Assembly (NCBI GenBank): GCA_963716695.1
Contig: CAVQTT010000024.1
Span: 51,387-115,386, forward strand
Length of the DNA stretch: 64,000 nucleotides
Reading direction: 5' to 3'
From: an uncultured Chloroflexia bacterium
GTDB lineage: Bacteria; Chloroflexota; Anaerolineae; Anaerolineales; UBA11858
A model generated the notes under the pieces. The model did not search any database. It saw nothing but the letters and a program-made list of their open reading frames with translations, and was not told where the DNA came from. The first letter of the stretch is position 1; the number at the start of each line of letters is the position of its first letter. Below, one piece after another: positions 29,704 to 40,200 of the stretch. Both the position numbers and the translations under genes were made by a program.

Positions 29704-30768
29704 ATGGACCAAGAGAAGAAACCCTCCGGTCGTCAGATCCGCCTCACCTCATTGTCCAAATGCGCCGGGTGAGCATCCAAGCTAAGCGCGGAAGCGCTGG
29801 CGCAGGTTCTGCGCCCCCTGAATGGCATGTTTCCCGCCCCGGATTATCCTGATCTGCTGGTGGGGTTAGGACAGCCTGATGACGCAGCTGTTTGGAAGCT
29901 GGATGACGACCGGGTTTTGATCGTCACCACGGATTTCTTCACTCCGGTGGTGGATGATCCCTATGATTATGGCGCAATCTCCGCAGCCAACAGCCTTTCA
30001 GATATCTATGCCATGGGAGGAACTCCCTTCCTGGCTTTGAATATTGCCGCTCTTCCTCCCGGATTGCCCCCCGAGATCTCAGGAGAGATCCTCAGGGGAG
30101 GAGCCGAAAAAGCCCGGGAAGCCGGCGTGGTGATCGCCGGAGGACATACTGTCCAGGACGAGGAACCCAAATTTGGTATGGTATGCCTGGGATTTGCCCA
30201 TCCGGACCTGCTGATGACCAAATCTGCAGCCCATCCCGGCGATGCCCTGGTCATCACCAAGCCCTTGGGATTCGGGGTCACAACCACCGCAATCAAGGAT
30301 CAAAAAGCCCGGCCTGAACACATCGAGGAAGTTGTGATCTGGATGAAAAGGCTGAATCGGAAAGCCAGTGATCTAGCCCAGTCATTTGGAGTGAAGGCTG
30401 CCACAGATATCTCGGGGTTCAGTCTTTTAGGCCATGCCTGGGAAATGGCCCATTCATCGAGAGTAGGGTTTAACATCCATTGGGATATGATCCCCTTTAT
30501 CAGTTCTGCCAAAGAATATGCCCGGGATTTCAGTTTTCCTGGCGGCGCGTACGATAATAGAAATTATTTCAGCCACCACATCAAGGCGCCCAAATCCCTT
30601 TCTGAGGAGGATTTGATGCTGCTCTTTGACCCCCAAACCAGCGGAGGTTTATTGTTCTCGATCAGCTGCAATCACCTGGATGAGCTGCGTCAGCAAGCGG
30701 AAGCGATCGATCAGCCGATCTGGGTGATCGGGGACGTAGTGGAAGGAAATCAACTGATCATTAAATAG
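29704..30768 (+). CDS. selD: Selenide, water dikinase with in-frame UGA (Sec) at codon 23
   Basis: MDQEKKPSGRQIRLTSLSKCAG(TGA 29770-29772)ASKL... continues in frame into DDAAV, TTDFFTP, ANSLSDIYAMGG, GGHT, TDISGFSLLGH, DPQTSGGL. Confidence 0.93.
29773..29815 (+). promoter_or_regulatory. Candidate bacterial SECIS element
   Basis: Hairpins agcgc-GGAA-gcgct (29785-29798) and ggcgcag-GTT-ctgcgcc (29799-29815) immediately 3' of the UGA. Confidence 0.7.
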
Positions 30769-30811
30769 GTTGAAACAAGAATATAGCTTCCCAACAGCCC
30801 CATATTTAAAC

Positions 30812-30842
30812 AAAAAAGACTGTCATCCAGACAGTCTTTTTT
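30812..30842. terminator. Bidirectional intrinsic terminator
   Basis: aaaaaagactgtc/gacagtctttttt between convergent selD and dinB-family genes. Confidence 0.85.
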
Positions 30843-30858
30843 AGATCTCCTTGAGAAT

Positions 30859-31368
30859 CTACCAATCACCAGCATAGTCTACCCGGTAAGGTTGGGCTTG
30901 TTTCACCAAGAAAAACCGCTGTAATTCCACCAGCTGTCGGAGATGAAGCAGGTCATGGGTTACCCAGGAGACGAACATATCCCCGGCTTTTATCTCTCCA
31001 AAGGGTGCTTCATACAACATCTCCCAATCCACCAGGTCGAAATTATCCAGCCAGGCCAGGGCTTCATTCCGTAATCTCATGTACCGGTTAAGGGTTTCAA
31101 ACAGATCCCCCTGGTTATATTCCCTTTCAGATACCCAGCCCTGGGGATCGATCTCTGGCCAGGGTTTGTCAGATTTTTCCAGGATCATTTTCAGCCGAAC
31201 TGGAAAATCAAATTCCTCTTCATCTGCCAAATGACTGACAACTTCCAGGATTGACCAGGTCTCTGGATCCGGTTTCCAGCGAGCTTGATCTTCAGGCACT
31301 CCCTGGGCCAGTGAGGCTACCCGATCCCTGTTGAGCGCCAGCTGCCGTTTTAAATAATCAATATCCAT
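30859..31368 (-). CDS. DinB superfamily protein
   Basis: WSILEVVSHLADEE and HDLLHLRQ metal-binding His motifs. Confidence 0.85.
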   Translation of the reverse strand: MDIDYLKRQLALNRDRVASLAQGVPEDQARWKPDPETWSILEVVSHLADEEEFDFPVRLKMILEKSDKPWPEIDPQGWVSEREYNQGDLFETLNRYMRLRNEALAWLDNFDLVDWEMLYEAPFGEIKAGDMFVSWVTHDLLHLRQLVELQRFFLVKQAQPYRVDYAGDW

Positions 31369-31455
31369 GCCGCCTGCCCTCCTGATAACTGAATGACCGC
31401 TCTAATTTTACCTGGTCCCCGGGACCCAACAATTCCCATTATACAGGAAAGACTT

Positions 31456-32163
31456 TCAACTCCACCTGAATCTGCCCAGGGCTGCCTCTACCCCAGCTCT
31501 GGCGTGAATTTCCATAGTATCAAAAACCGGCACCCTGACATCTCCTGTTTTCACCAACAGGCCGATTTCGGTACAGCCCAGGATGATGCCCTCGGCCCCC
31601 TTTGTGATCAGGGATTGAATCACTGACAGATACTTCTCTCTGGACTTTGCCAGAACTTTACCCTGAACCAATTCATCATAGATCACCCGGTGTACCAGCT
31701 CCCGCTCGTCCTGGTCAGGGACCAGAATTTGGAGTTGATGCCTGGTCTCCAGTCTGCCGCGGTAAAATTCCTCCTCCATAGTGAACCTGGTGCCTAATAA
31801 TCCTACCGATTGAATACCTTTCTGCTGGACAGCCTGGGCTGTTGCATCGGCGATATGCAGCAGCGGGATTGAAAGTGATCTGGCCACCTCGTCCGCCATC
31901 AGATGCATGGTGTTGGTGCAGATCAGAACAAAATCCGCCCCAGCACCTTCCAGTTTCTGAGCGCTGCTGACCAGGATCCGGGTCGCATCCGCCCAGTTTT
32001 CCTCCATTTGAAGTGCTTCGATCTCCGCAAAATCCAGGGAGACCATTACGATCCGGGCGGAGTGGACCCCGCCAAGTTCTCTCCTGACTTCCTGGTTGAT
32101 GATCCGGTAATACTCAATGGAGGATTCCCAGCTCATTCCCCCCAGCAGGCCGATGGTTTTCAT
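31456..32163 (-). CDS. Aspartate/glutamate racemase family (YgeA/RacX-like)
   Basis: IGLLGGMSWESS, CTNTMH, GCTEI. Confidence 0.92.
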   Translation of the reverse strand: MKTIGLLGGMSWESSIEYYRIINQEVRRELGGVHSARIVMVSLDFAEIEALQMEENWADATRILVSSAQKLEGAGADFVLICTNTMHLMADEVARSLSIPLLHIADATAQAVQQKGIQSVGLLGTRFTMEEEFYRGRLETRHQLQILVPDQDERELVHRVIYDELVQGKVLAKSREKYLSVIQSLITKGAEGIILGCTEIGLLVKTGDVRVPVFDTMEIHARAGVEAALGRFRWS

Positions 32164-32165
32164 GA

Positions 32166-33051
32166 TCAGCTCCCCTTTAAACGCTTTCTTATGAATTGAT
32201 ATTGATCGACATCACAAACAGGCTTATAGCCGATCTGTTGGTAAATATGATTCGAAATTGGATTAAGTAGATCAGTAAACAAAAAACAATGCTTGAATCC
32301 CCTGTTAAGCAATGCCTGACTCAATCCAGCGGTACAGGCGCTGGCAAATCCTTTCTTCCGCAGCTCTCTGGGAGTGAAAACCGCCCCGATCCTGATCCCG
32401 TTGGGCGTGGGTCCGCTGTAACCAGCCATCGAAACCGGCTGACCTTGCACTTCCCACAACATCAGCCCCCGCTGTCCTGGTGAAGCGTTTAAGAATCTGT
32501 CCACCTGTTTTTCCACCCGGTCCAGGATCGGGTTCTCCACCCAAGCCATCTCGATGAAAATTCGTGAACCATTCCAATAATAATGCCTTGTCGCGATATT
32601 CCACGGACCGCAATCGTCCAGGCACCCCTGAGACAGGATCGACTTGATCCAGCCGGTAGATCCTCATCGCCATTTTTAACTCTGCTTCACCCGGGGAAAT
32701 ATCCTGCCAGATCCTCGCTAATTTCGCTGTCAGGGTCTTATTTCCGGTTATCCCGGTAAAATTCTCGCCCAGTTTTTCGGCCAGGTCGGCCAGAACGGCT
32801 TCCAGTATTTTTGTGGGGATAGGAGAGGCATGATAAGTGAACAGGACCGGATAGGGTGGAGTACAGATCATCGCCAACCTGAGTTCTCCTTCCTCAACCA
32901 GGCTCAGATAAGGTGGTTTTTCGAGGAATTCTCCAGCTAAAATGCTGGCCAAAATACCCAGGGGAAGATTATTTTCGGTTTCGTTTTCCAACAACAATTC
33001 CCTGGTGCGATTCAGAAATTCAATCGGGTCAGTAAAATGCAGGATCTTCAC
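32166..33051 (-). CDS. GNAT acetyltransferase (apparent +1 frameshift ~32525)
   Basis: N part ETENNLPLG; C part RIGAVFTP..RKKGFA, LFTDLLNPISN.IYQQIGY. Confidence 0.8.
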
Positions 33052-33334
33052 ATCTGGCCTCCCTCACCCGGTGAACTCGAGCGGGAATTTGCTGATTTAA
33101 TCATAACATTTTCCAGGAAGTCAATTCGGGGGGGCCCCAAATATCTCTCTAGCCTGGATCAGGAACATTAATCCCGATGTTTAATTATCCACCCTTAGCT
33201 AATCAGGGCGGCCCCCTGTCGCATAAAATTCCGGCCAGAATGACTCTTGAGAAGGATATTTGCCCTTCTGAGCGCTAGACCAAGACGGTTTGCTATTATG
33301 CTATAATCCTCTTTCTGGAAAAAAGGCCAAGGTT

Positions 33335-34579
33335 ATGTTTAAGCGATTACGTGACATATATTATGACTTTCCCAACAAATTCTGGATTGTGGTTGGCGCA
33401 GCCTTTATCGATCGCATCGGTGGAACGCTGCTATTTCCCTTCTTTTCTCTCTACATAACGCAGAAATTTAACGTTGGGATGACCCAGGCGGGCCTGGTTC
33501 TGGGTGCATTTTCGGCTTTTGGCCTGATCGGATCCATGATCGGCGGTGCCCTGACAGACAAATTCGGCCGCAAGGTCCTGATCATATTTGGAATGGTCGT
33601 CAGCGCTGTCAGCACTCTGTCGCTAGGTCTGGTGAATGAATTTGCAGTCTTGCTTCCCCTGGCGGTTGTGATTGGCCTGCTGACAGATATCGCCGGTCCT
33701 GCCCGCCAGGCGATGGTGGCTGATCTGCTTCCAGAAGATAAAAGACAGGAAGGATTTGGCATCCTGCGGGTGGTCGCCAATATGTCCTGGATCATCGGTC
33801 CGACCATCGGCGGCTTTATCGCCAACCGGAGTTATTTTGCCCTTTTTGTGCTGGATGCGATCATCAGCATCATTGTGGCGGTGATTTTCTATATCTATGT
33901 CTCGGAAACCAAACCGGAAAGTTCAGAAGAGCCCAAGAGCATCCTGGGTACCTTCGCTGGCTACCGTGTTGTGCTCCGGGATTACGCCTATCTGGCCTTC
34001 CTGGTTGTGTCCATGCTGATGGGTATCGTTTACCAGCAGATGTACAATACCCTTTCCGTTTATCTGCGAGATAATCATGGGATTGAACCCCAGGGCTATG
34101 GTTTCCTATTAACAGCCAGCGCTGTTATCGTGATCCTGTTCCAATTTTCAACCACGCGGGTGATCAAAAAGTATCCCGCCTTTATCATGATGGGCCTGGG
34201 GGTGTTCTTCTATATGATCGGGTTTGGTATGTTTGGATTTGTAACTGTTTATTGGCTGTTCACTGCTGCGATCGTGATCATCACCATAGGTGAGATGGTT
34301 ATCATGCCAACTGCTTCAGCCCTGGCGACAAAATTCGCTCCAGATGATATGCGGGGTCGTTACATGGCTGTATTTGGATTTTCATGGGCTATACCTGCCA
34401 CAGTGGGGCCCAGCCTGGCGGGGTTGATCCTTGATAATTACGATCCCAACCTGCTCTGGTATATTGGCGCCGGGATTTGCGCTGTTGCGATTGTCGGTTT
34501 CTACGGGCTGCATCTCTGGCTGGGTAAATGTGACCGGTTCAAATCGATAGTAACGGAAGAAGATGCCCTGACTGTTTGA
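33335..34579 (+). CDS. MFS transporter
   Basis: About 12 TM segments; GGALTDKFGRK motif A; DMRGRYMA. Confidence 0.9.
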   Translation: MFKRLRDIYYDFPNKFWIVVGAAFIDRIGGTLLFPFFSLYITQKFNVGMTQAGLVLGAFSAFGLIGSMIGGALTDKFGRKVLIIFGMVVSAVSTLSLGLVNEFAVLLPLAVVIGLLTDIAGPARQAMVADLLPEDKRQEGFGILRVVANMSWIIGPTIGGFIANRSYFALFVLDAIISIIVAVIFYIYVSETKPESSEEPKSILGTFAGYRVVLRDYAYLAFLVVSMLMGIVYQQMYNTLSVYLRDNHGIEPQGYGFLLTASAVIVILFQFSTTRVIKKYPAFIMMGLGVFFYMIGFGMFGFVTVYWLFTAAIVIITIGEMVIMPTASALATKFAPDDMRGRYMAVFGFSWAIPATVGPSLAGLILDNYDPNLLWYIGAGICAVAIVGFYGLHLWLGKCDRFKSIVTEEDALTV

Positions 34580-34588
34580 GCAGAAATC

Positions 34589-34620
34589 AAAAGCGCCTCC
34601 AATGCAAGAAGCGCTTTTTT
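34589..34620. terminator. Bidirectional terminator-like hairpin
   Basis: aaaagcgc..gcgctttt between convergent genes. Confidence 0.5.
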
Positions 34621-34643
34621 GTAACCCCTCGCTTCTCCCGGTA

Positions 34644-36302
34644 TCAGGTGGTTTTTTTTCTCCTGTACAAAATCAAACCAGCTCCACCCAGAGGCAGTGC
34701 CCCCAGGGGAAAACACGGCCCCCTCCCTCCGTTCTGGTCTGGCTCCTGGATATTCTCGCTTTCTCCCTGGGTCCGCTCGGATTCATTTTCCGCTGGAAAA
34801 CCTGGACCGCCGATCCATCCCAGATCATCGATCCAGACCGTACCTTCCAGCTGAACATCTTCAGTGCTAAAACCAAATGCCAGGCCGGATATCTGGTCTG
34901 GTTTTGTGAACTCTGATCCCGCGTCTGCCTCCCATTCCACGCGCCGGAACCTCTCCCAGGGAATATCGATCTGCATCCAATCCTGGGCAATTTCCTGGGT
35001 CAGCTCCAGTTCATAAAGGTAGGATTCCTTTCCTTCTGGTCCATCGACATATAGGTCCACGTTTAAGGTCTGGTCGGTCTGCCCGCTGTGAATATAAAAA
35101 ACCATTCCCCGCCTATCATGCCAGTCTTGTGCTTGGTCATAAGACAGGCCGCATGTTCCCCAGCCGTAAGGAGAAATTTGATAATCCAGGCGCAAACTGT
35201 TTCCGCTGAAACCCTGCCCGGTGTCATTTACACAGCTCAAGGAGGATGATGTCCCCTCATCCCAATAAGCTTCCCAGCCGCTGGTTCCCTGCGGCCCTTC
35301 ACCTTCAAACTGATCGATCCATCCTGATAGATCCGCTGAGAGAGCAGTCGATTGATCTGAAGCGGTTTCCCCTCCGATCTCATCGTTCCCTTGGGCAGCC
35401 GGGGGGAAAGGCGCGTCACTCTGCCAGCGGTTGTAAAAATAGTTCAACAAGGGGATAAATTCAACAGTTGCTTTTTGGCTCCCCTTCCGGGAGGGATGGT
35501 CATCCCCGGAGGGATAATGCAGTGTGTTTTGAGAGGCAACTTGATGGATCTCCTGCCCATTTTCGTAGCTGTGATGCCCATCGCTGCCTGTCAGCAGATT
35601 ATAAAAATCAAAGACGGCCACATTCTGGTAGGGATAATCATTTTCCAGCAGCCAGTCCTGGACCAACCATTGATTAAAAGCCCGGGCATTGGCAGCGTTG
35701 CCGCTGTGGCTCAGGGGAGGGGCAGTGATAACAACAAATAACTTCTCTGGATGGTTCTGGAAATACTTCAAGATCTCGTTGTAGACATATTTGGCATGAC
35801 CCACTGACAGCCAACCCTCCTCGTTGGGCAGGTCCCCGGGTTTCCCTTCCAGATCAGAATTGGGAAAACAAGACTTAAATAGGATGATCTGGTTTTCTCC
35901 TCCGGGATCTGGCTGGCTTCGGGTGTAGCTGGAGTGCTGTCCGTTCTCATGATAAAGCGCTTCCATGGTTTCGGCTGTCGATCCACTGCTGAACCACTCC
36001 AGCCAATCCGGAATATCCGTTCGATCTCCGATGCTATTTGGTCCCCAGCCATAATTGGTATCACTGACAAAATAATTATTTTCCCCCAGGGCTTTTCCAA
36101 GATCACCATAACCATCATTTAACCAGTTCTCTCCGGTTGAATGATGAACGAAGATCAGCTTCACTACCTGGGCGGGGGGATCAGAACCATCATCTTGTTG
36201 AAGACTGATCTCGAGGTGGTCTCCCACCGGAGAGAATGCTGCCAAACAGATGAATGTGCTGATAATAATGAGCAAGCTGGTCATTTTTGTTTTTCTATTC
36301 AT
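34644..36302 (-). CDS. Secreted protein: SGNH-like domain, CBM11-like domain and C-terminal Cys/TM/basic tail
   Basis: Signal peptide; HHSTG..FKSCF..GDDHP; DQFEG..W..DW..GMVFY..W..IDIPW..F..VWIDD; tail GPCFPLGALPLGGAGLILYRRKK. Confidence 0.65.
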   Translation of the reverse strand: MNRKTKMTSLLIIISTFICLAAFSPVGDHLEISLQQDDGSDPPAQVVKLIFVHHSTGENWLNDGYGDLGKALGENNYFVSDTNYGWGPNSIGDRTDIPDWLEWFSSGSTAETMEALYHENGQHSSYTRSQPDPGGENQIILFKSCFPNSDLEGKPGDLPNEEGWLSVGHAKYVYNEILKYFQNHPEKLFVVITAPPLSHSGNAANARAFNQWLVQDWLLENDYPYQNVAVFDFYNLLTGSDGHHSYENGQEIHQVASQNTLHYPSGDDHPSRKGSQKATVEFIPLLNYFYNRWQSDAPFPPAAQGNDEIGGETASDQSTALSADLSGWIDQFEGEGPQGTSGWEAYWDEGTSSSLSCVNDTGQGFSGNSLRLDYQISPYGWGTCGLSYDQAQDWHDRRGMVFYIHSGQTDQTLNVDLYVDGPEGKESYLYELELTQEIAQDWMQIDIPWERFRRVEWEADAGSEFTKPDQISGLAFGFSTEDVQLEGTVWIDDLGWIGGPGFPAENESERTQGESENIQEPDQNGGRGPCFPLGALPLGGAGLILYRRKKTT

Positions 36303-36505
36303 GGGAACTCCATCGGGATAGATAGGTATGATTAAAGAAATTCCCCAATTCCTGAGCTGTCTGCCCTGCCTGGTAAATACCCCAGTATTCCCCCTCGATT
36401 GGATGGGGGAGGATATTTCAGAACACCCCACTATTAACAAGAAGATCAGGCTCAGGATTATCCGGGTGCAAACGTTCGGAACAAACAGGTGATTCTCTCC
36501 CTTCA

Positions 36506-36898
36506 TCAGGTTTGCTTTCTAAGGGCCCCTCGCCCTGAGATCGTCAGCCAGATACCAGACAGGATCATTCCATAAATCAATCCCTCTGAAAACCATCCGC
36601 TCCAGTATGGTCCTGGTTTGATAATTAAAGGGATGTGCTTCAAGATTCCAGCCAACGCCAGAAAGGTCCCCATGAACATGGCTCCATAAATTCCGCGCCG
36701 TTTTCCCTGCACCATTTCCATGAAGACAAGCAGAAAGATCAGGATAAATACCCCTGCCAGGATCTGGGCCGTCATGTTGCTGATCCTGAATTGCTCCGGA
36801 ATATCGAATAGAAAATCATCGATCAGATGGGGAATTGAAAAAACTGCCAGCAGCAGATAAGCCAGGACAGAGTTGGGATAGTTCCGGGATTCAGGCAT
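36506..36898 (-). CDS. Hypothetical 4-TM membrane protein
   Basis: Hydrophobic ORF with GGAGAGG RBS; PHLIDDFLFDIP. Confidence 0.6.
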   Translation of the reverse strand: MPESRNYPNSVLAYLLLAVFSIPHLIDDFLFDIPEQFRISNMTAQILAGVFILIFLLVFMEMVQGKRRGIYGAMFMGTFLALAGILKHIPLIIKPGPYWSGWFSEGLIYGMILSGIWLTISGRGALRKQT

Positions 36899-37033
36899 AA
36901 ATCCTCTCCATTATTTACGGATGAACCTCAGCGGGCTCATCGCCTTAGAGCAGAGGAAGGATAGCGGACTTTCCTCTGCAACCTCATCTGGTGTTTTTCG
37001 TATATTAAATCGAAACCAAACAAGGAGAGTCTA

Positions 37034-37237
37034 GTGGATAGGCAGCAGGGTTGTCTTACCGGTTTGTTTAAACTATTAATGCTTGATGTGCTGTTCGACT
37101 GGCTCCAGAAAACCTTTGGGTTTGGTCGAGGAGCATCCTGCACGGGCTGCGGGTGTGGATTTATTCTGCTGATCATCTTTGTTGCCCTGACCTGCCAGGT
37201 GTTTTTTAACACCAACTGGCTGCAGTTTGGTTTTTAG
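37034..37237 (+). CDS. Small Cys-rich membrane protein
   Basis: AAGGAG RBS with GTG start; GCL..SCTGCGCG followed by a TM helix. Confidence 0.6.
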   Translation: MDRQQGCLTGLFKLLMLDVLFDWLQKTFGFGRGASCTGCGCGFILLIIFVALTCQVFFNTNWLQFGF

Positions 37238-37294
37238 GCTCACAGGAGCCGGCTTATCTCCAGAACGTTCTCCGCCCCGGAAATGTTACACCTC

Positions 37295-40200
37295 CTAGTT
37301 TCCAGAGTCGACTGTAAACATATCTCCGGCGCTGACTGCCTGAACTTCTGGGAAATACTGCTGCCAGGCTCTGGCGGGCAGGATCTGGTATTCTCCCGGG
37401 TGGGTGAGTGAGATTGTATAGACCAATTGATAGGTCCCTGCCGGAACGAAATCAGCAGCCCAGACAACACGGTGGTCGTAAGCTGCCGGCTTGTTGAAAT
37501 ACCACCAACCCCAACCATCTTTGAGCGGCGCTCCTGCTTGATATTCAACCTGATCCTGTCGGCTGGTGTTCAGCCTGGTATCGAGAACCTCTGCCCCGGC
37601 CGGGATCCGATCTTCGACAACCAGATATCTAAGGTCATTTTCGACCACCAGGGTTAATTGAACCTGGATCAGATCCCCAACATTGGCTGATTGTGTAAAG
37701 ACGACCGGGTCTTCAAGATCGATATCAGCATAAACCCGGGAAATACTCAGCCCTTTTCCAAAGGGTTGAACATCTGCAGCTGGCCTGTAAACCTGCAAAT
37801 GTGTCTTGTAATATAAATTCCCCTCACCTTCTCCATGGGTTATTGTCAATGCATTGGGATGATCTGGATAAAGCTGTTCGATAGGCAAGCTGGCTGTGGC
37901 AGCTTCCAACCCTCCAGGTCCTTCCGCCAGGCCTGTGATCAAATCGGATCCATTTACACCTGCTGAGAACTCATAACTGTTCCTCAGTTCACCACTCTGC
38001 AGGAGAACTTCATTTAATGCCAGGATAGACCAGGCTGAAGCATATGCAGAACCCCAGTCGCCTCCGGCCGAGCGGCCAGCTACCAGGTAGCGGGTTGATT
38101 GGGAGATCAGATCGCTGAAGCCCCCCGTTCTAGCCAGGGCATAATTGATCATTGCCGTTGTTGAGACTGTATTATTCTAACCAGCAGCGGCAGGTTTCTG
38201 GGCTCTCCCAATGAGTGCCGGTTGCGGTGTGAATAGCACTTGAAGCGAGGTTGGAATACAAGCTCCGGGAATGTTCATTGCCTGGCAGCTGGGATTCCAG
38301 GGCCAGGGCCAATAAAGCCTGATTGGCAGGGCTGATCTGACTGCTGAAAGGGATCAGACTCAACATGCCGGAGCTGACTTCGATCCCGGATTCAGCTAGA
38401 GCAAAATACTTGAAAGCCAGCAAATTATACTGCCAGTCCTGGGTCAGCATCTCAACTGCTGGCAGGGTTGCCAGTAGATACCCCCGGGCATTCTGGATGA
38501 GGGTATCATCGACAAACACACCTGATTGCTGGGCTTTTACCAGGCCAAACAGGATATAGGAACTGATCTCTTCATCACTGGTCCCACCCTGCCACCAACC
38601 CCAACCCCCATCTTCGTTCTGGCTGGCAGCCAGGACTTCCAGGGTTTCGGGAATCAACTTTCCAAGTCTATTTTCAAGGAGCGGATAAGCTTGCTCAAGC
38701 TCCTGAATGCTGGCATAGGTGATGACGTTGGGCAAAAAATGGGATATCAGGGAATCACTGCTAAGCTTCTCCTGGCTTTCGAGGGCGTCCAAAGCTTTTA
38801 ACAGCACAGCCGCCAGCGAGGGGGAAATCTCAATATCCAGGGATCCTGTGCTCGGGTCAAAACTCCGGGGGAGAGTAACCACTTCCAGCAGATTACCTTG
38901 CTCGGAGAGCACTCCGGCAGTTCCATAGGTAGTGGGTGCAGTGTAACGATACACCGGCAAAGGTCCTAAATAGGGACGAACCGCATCCTGCAGATCACCC
39001 GCCCTGGCGCTGAACAGCAGTTCTGCCTGTTCAACATCCTCCACACTTCCCCACCACTCAACCCGGGTTCTCGATCCAGCCTTGATTTCAACTTCCTGGA
39101 TGGCAAATTCCGGATGATCGAGGGATATTCCTCCACTCTGGAGACTGACCTCGGCCGTCAGGTCGCTGTCAGTATTATTATGAACGACTGCTGCCAAAGC
39201 CAGATGATCACCTGCGACCAGGAATCGTGGTGTTACAGGTCGGATCAGCAGATCTTTGCTGGTAATGATCTGGGCAGTCCCCTGGCCTACATCTGTCTCA
39301 ACAGTCACTCCCCGGGCATCCACCTGCCAGGTAGTTAAGTTATCCGGGAGCAGGAATTTAACCTGGGCTTCGCCGTTAATATTGGTTACCAGATCTGCCT
39401 GCCAATAACTGGTATCGTCAAAATCGTCTCTGGTGGTGAACTCTGCGTCGCCGCCTCCTCCCCCCAATCCTCCCGGCACAAATACATTCCTTCCGGCGTG
39501 TACGCCAAGGGGAAAACCGAGCCGTACAGCCAGGGGCTGAATGCCATAGAAGGCCTCTCCGATCTCAGGAGAATTAGGATCTGCCAGGGCCAGAACCGCC
39601 AGGTCGACCACTGCCAAAGAGAACTCTCCGACCAGGGGTTTTCCATTCTGGTCGGAGACCCTGATCTTAACCGCAACTTCCTCACCAGGGCCCAGCCTCT
39701 CCGGTTTGCCGATCACTTCCACGTTTAAGATCCGGTCGGAAGGCTCAACAAGCAAATTAAGATATCCCTGACGGAAATCCTTGATTCCTCCCGGCCCATC
39801 GCCGATCAGGATCACTGAAACATATACATTGGGGGCATCCTCGGAATCCAGGGGCAGGGTGATCATTTCACCAGATGAAGTTATATGCAGTGTTTGGTAA
39901 TCAATCACTTTATGGCGCTCAATGGTCACCAGAACCTCGGCTCCGGTCGGGAAGGGATTGGGAATAAAGATCCGGGCTTCATCACCTGGCAGATAGGTCT
40001 TCTGGTCTGCAACCAAATTGATCTTTTGATTGCTTTGGGTAGGCCAATTTACCGTTCCGGTTCCTCCAACCCAAAGAGTAACCTCTGTCCTGGCTCCTCC
40101 GCCATACACATCCAGCTGGTAGGTTCCAGGTGCTGGGGGCGTAAAATCCACCACCGCCTCGCCACTCCGGTTGGTGCTGAGCTTCTTTTTGGAGATCAGT

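Noticed and set aside
22189-30768. serS and selD proximity as a selenocysteine gene cluster
   Set aside because: Separated by seven unrelated genes on both strands; no selA, selB or tRNA-Sec in the window
36303-36506. 68-aa N-terminal extension of the 620-aa ORF, containing a lipobox-like IVGC
   Set aside because: A second signal peptide starts at 36302, so the extension is more likely a separate remnant or non-coding; it cannot be resolved here
36949-36979. Hairpin gcagaggaag/tttcctctgc in a divergent intergenic region
   Set aside because: Single occurrence with no recognisable riboswitch or repeat family
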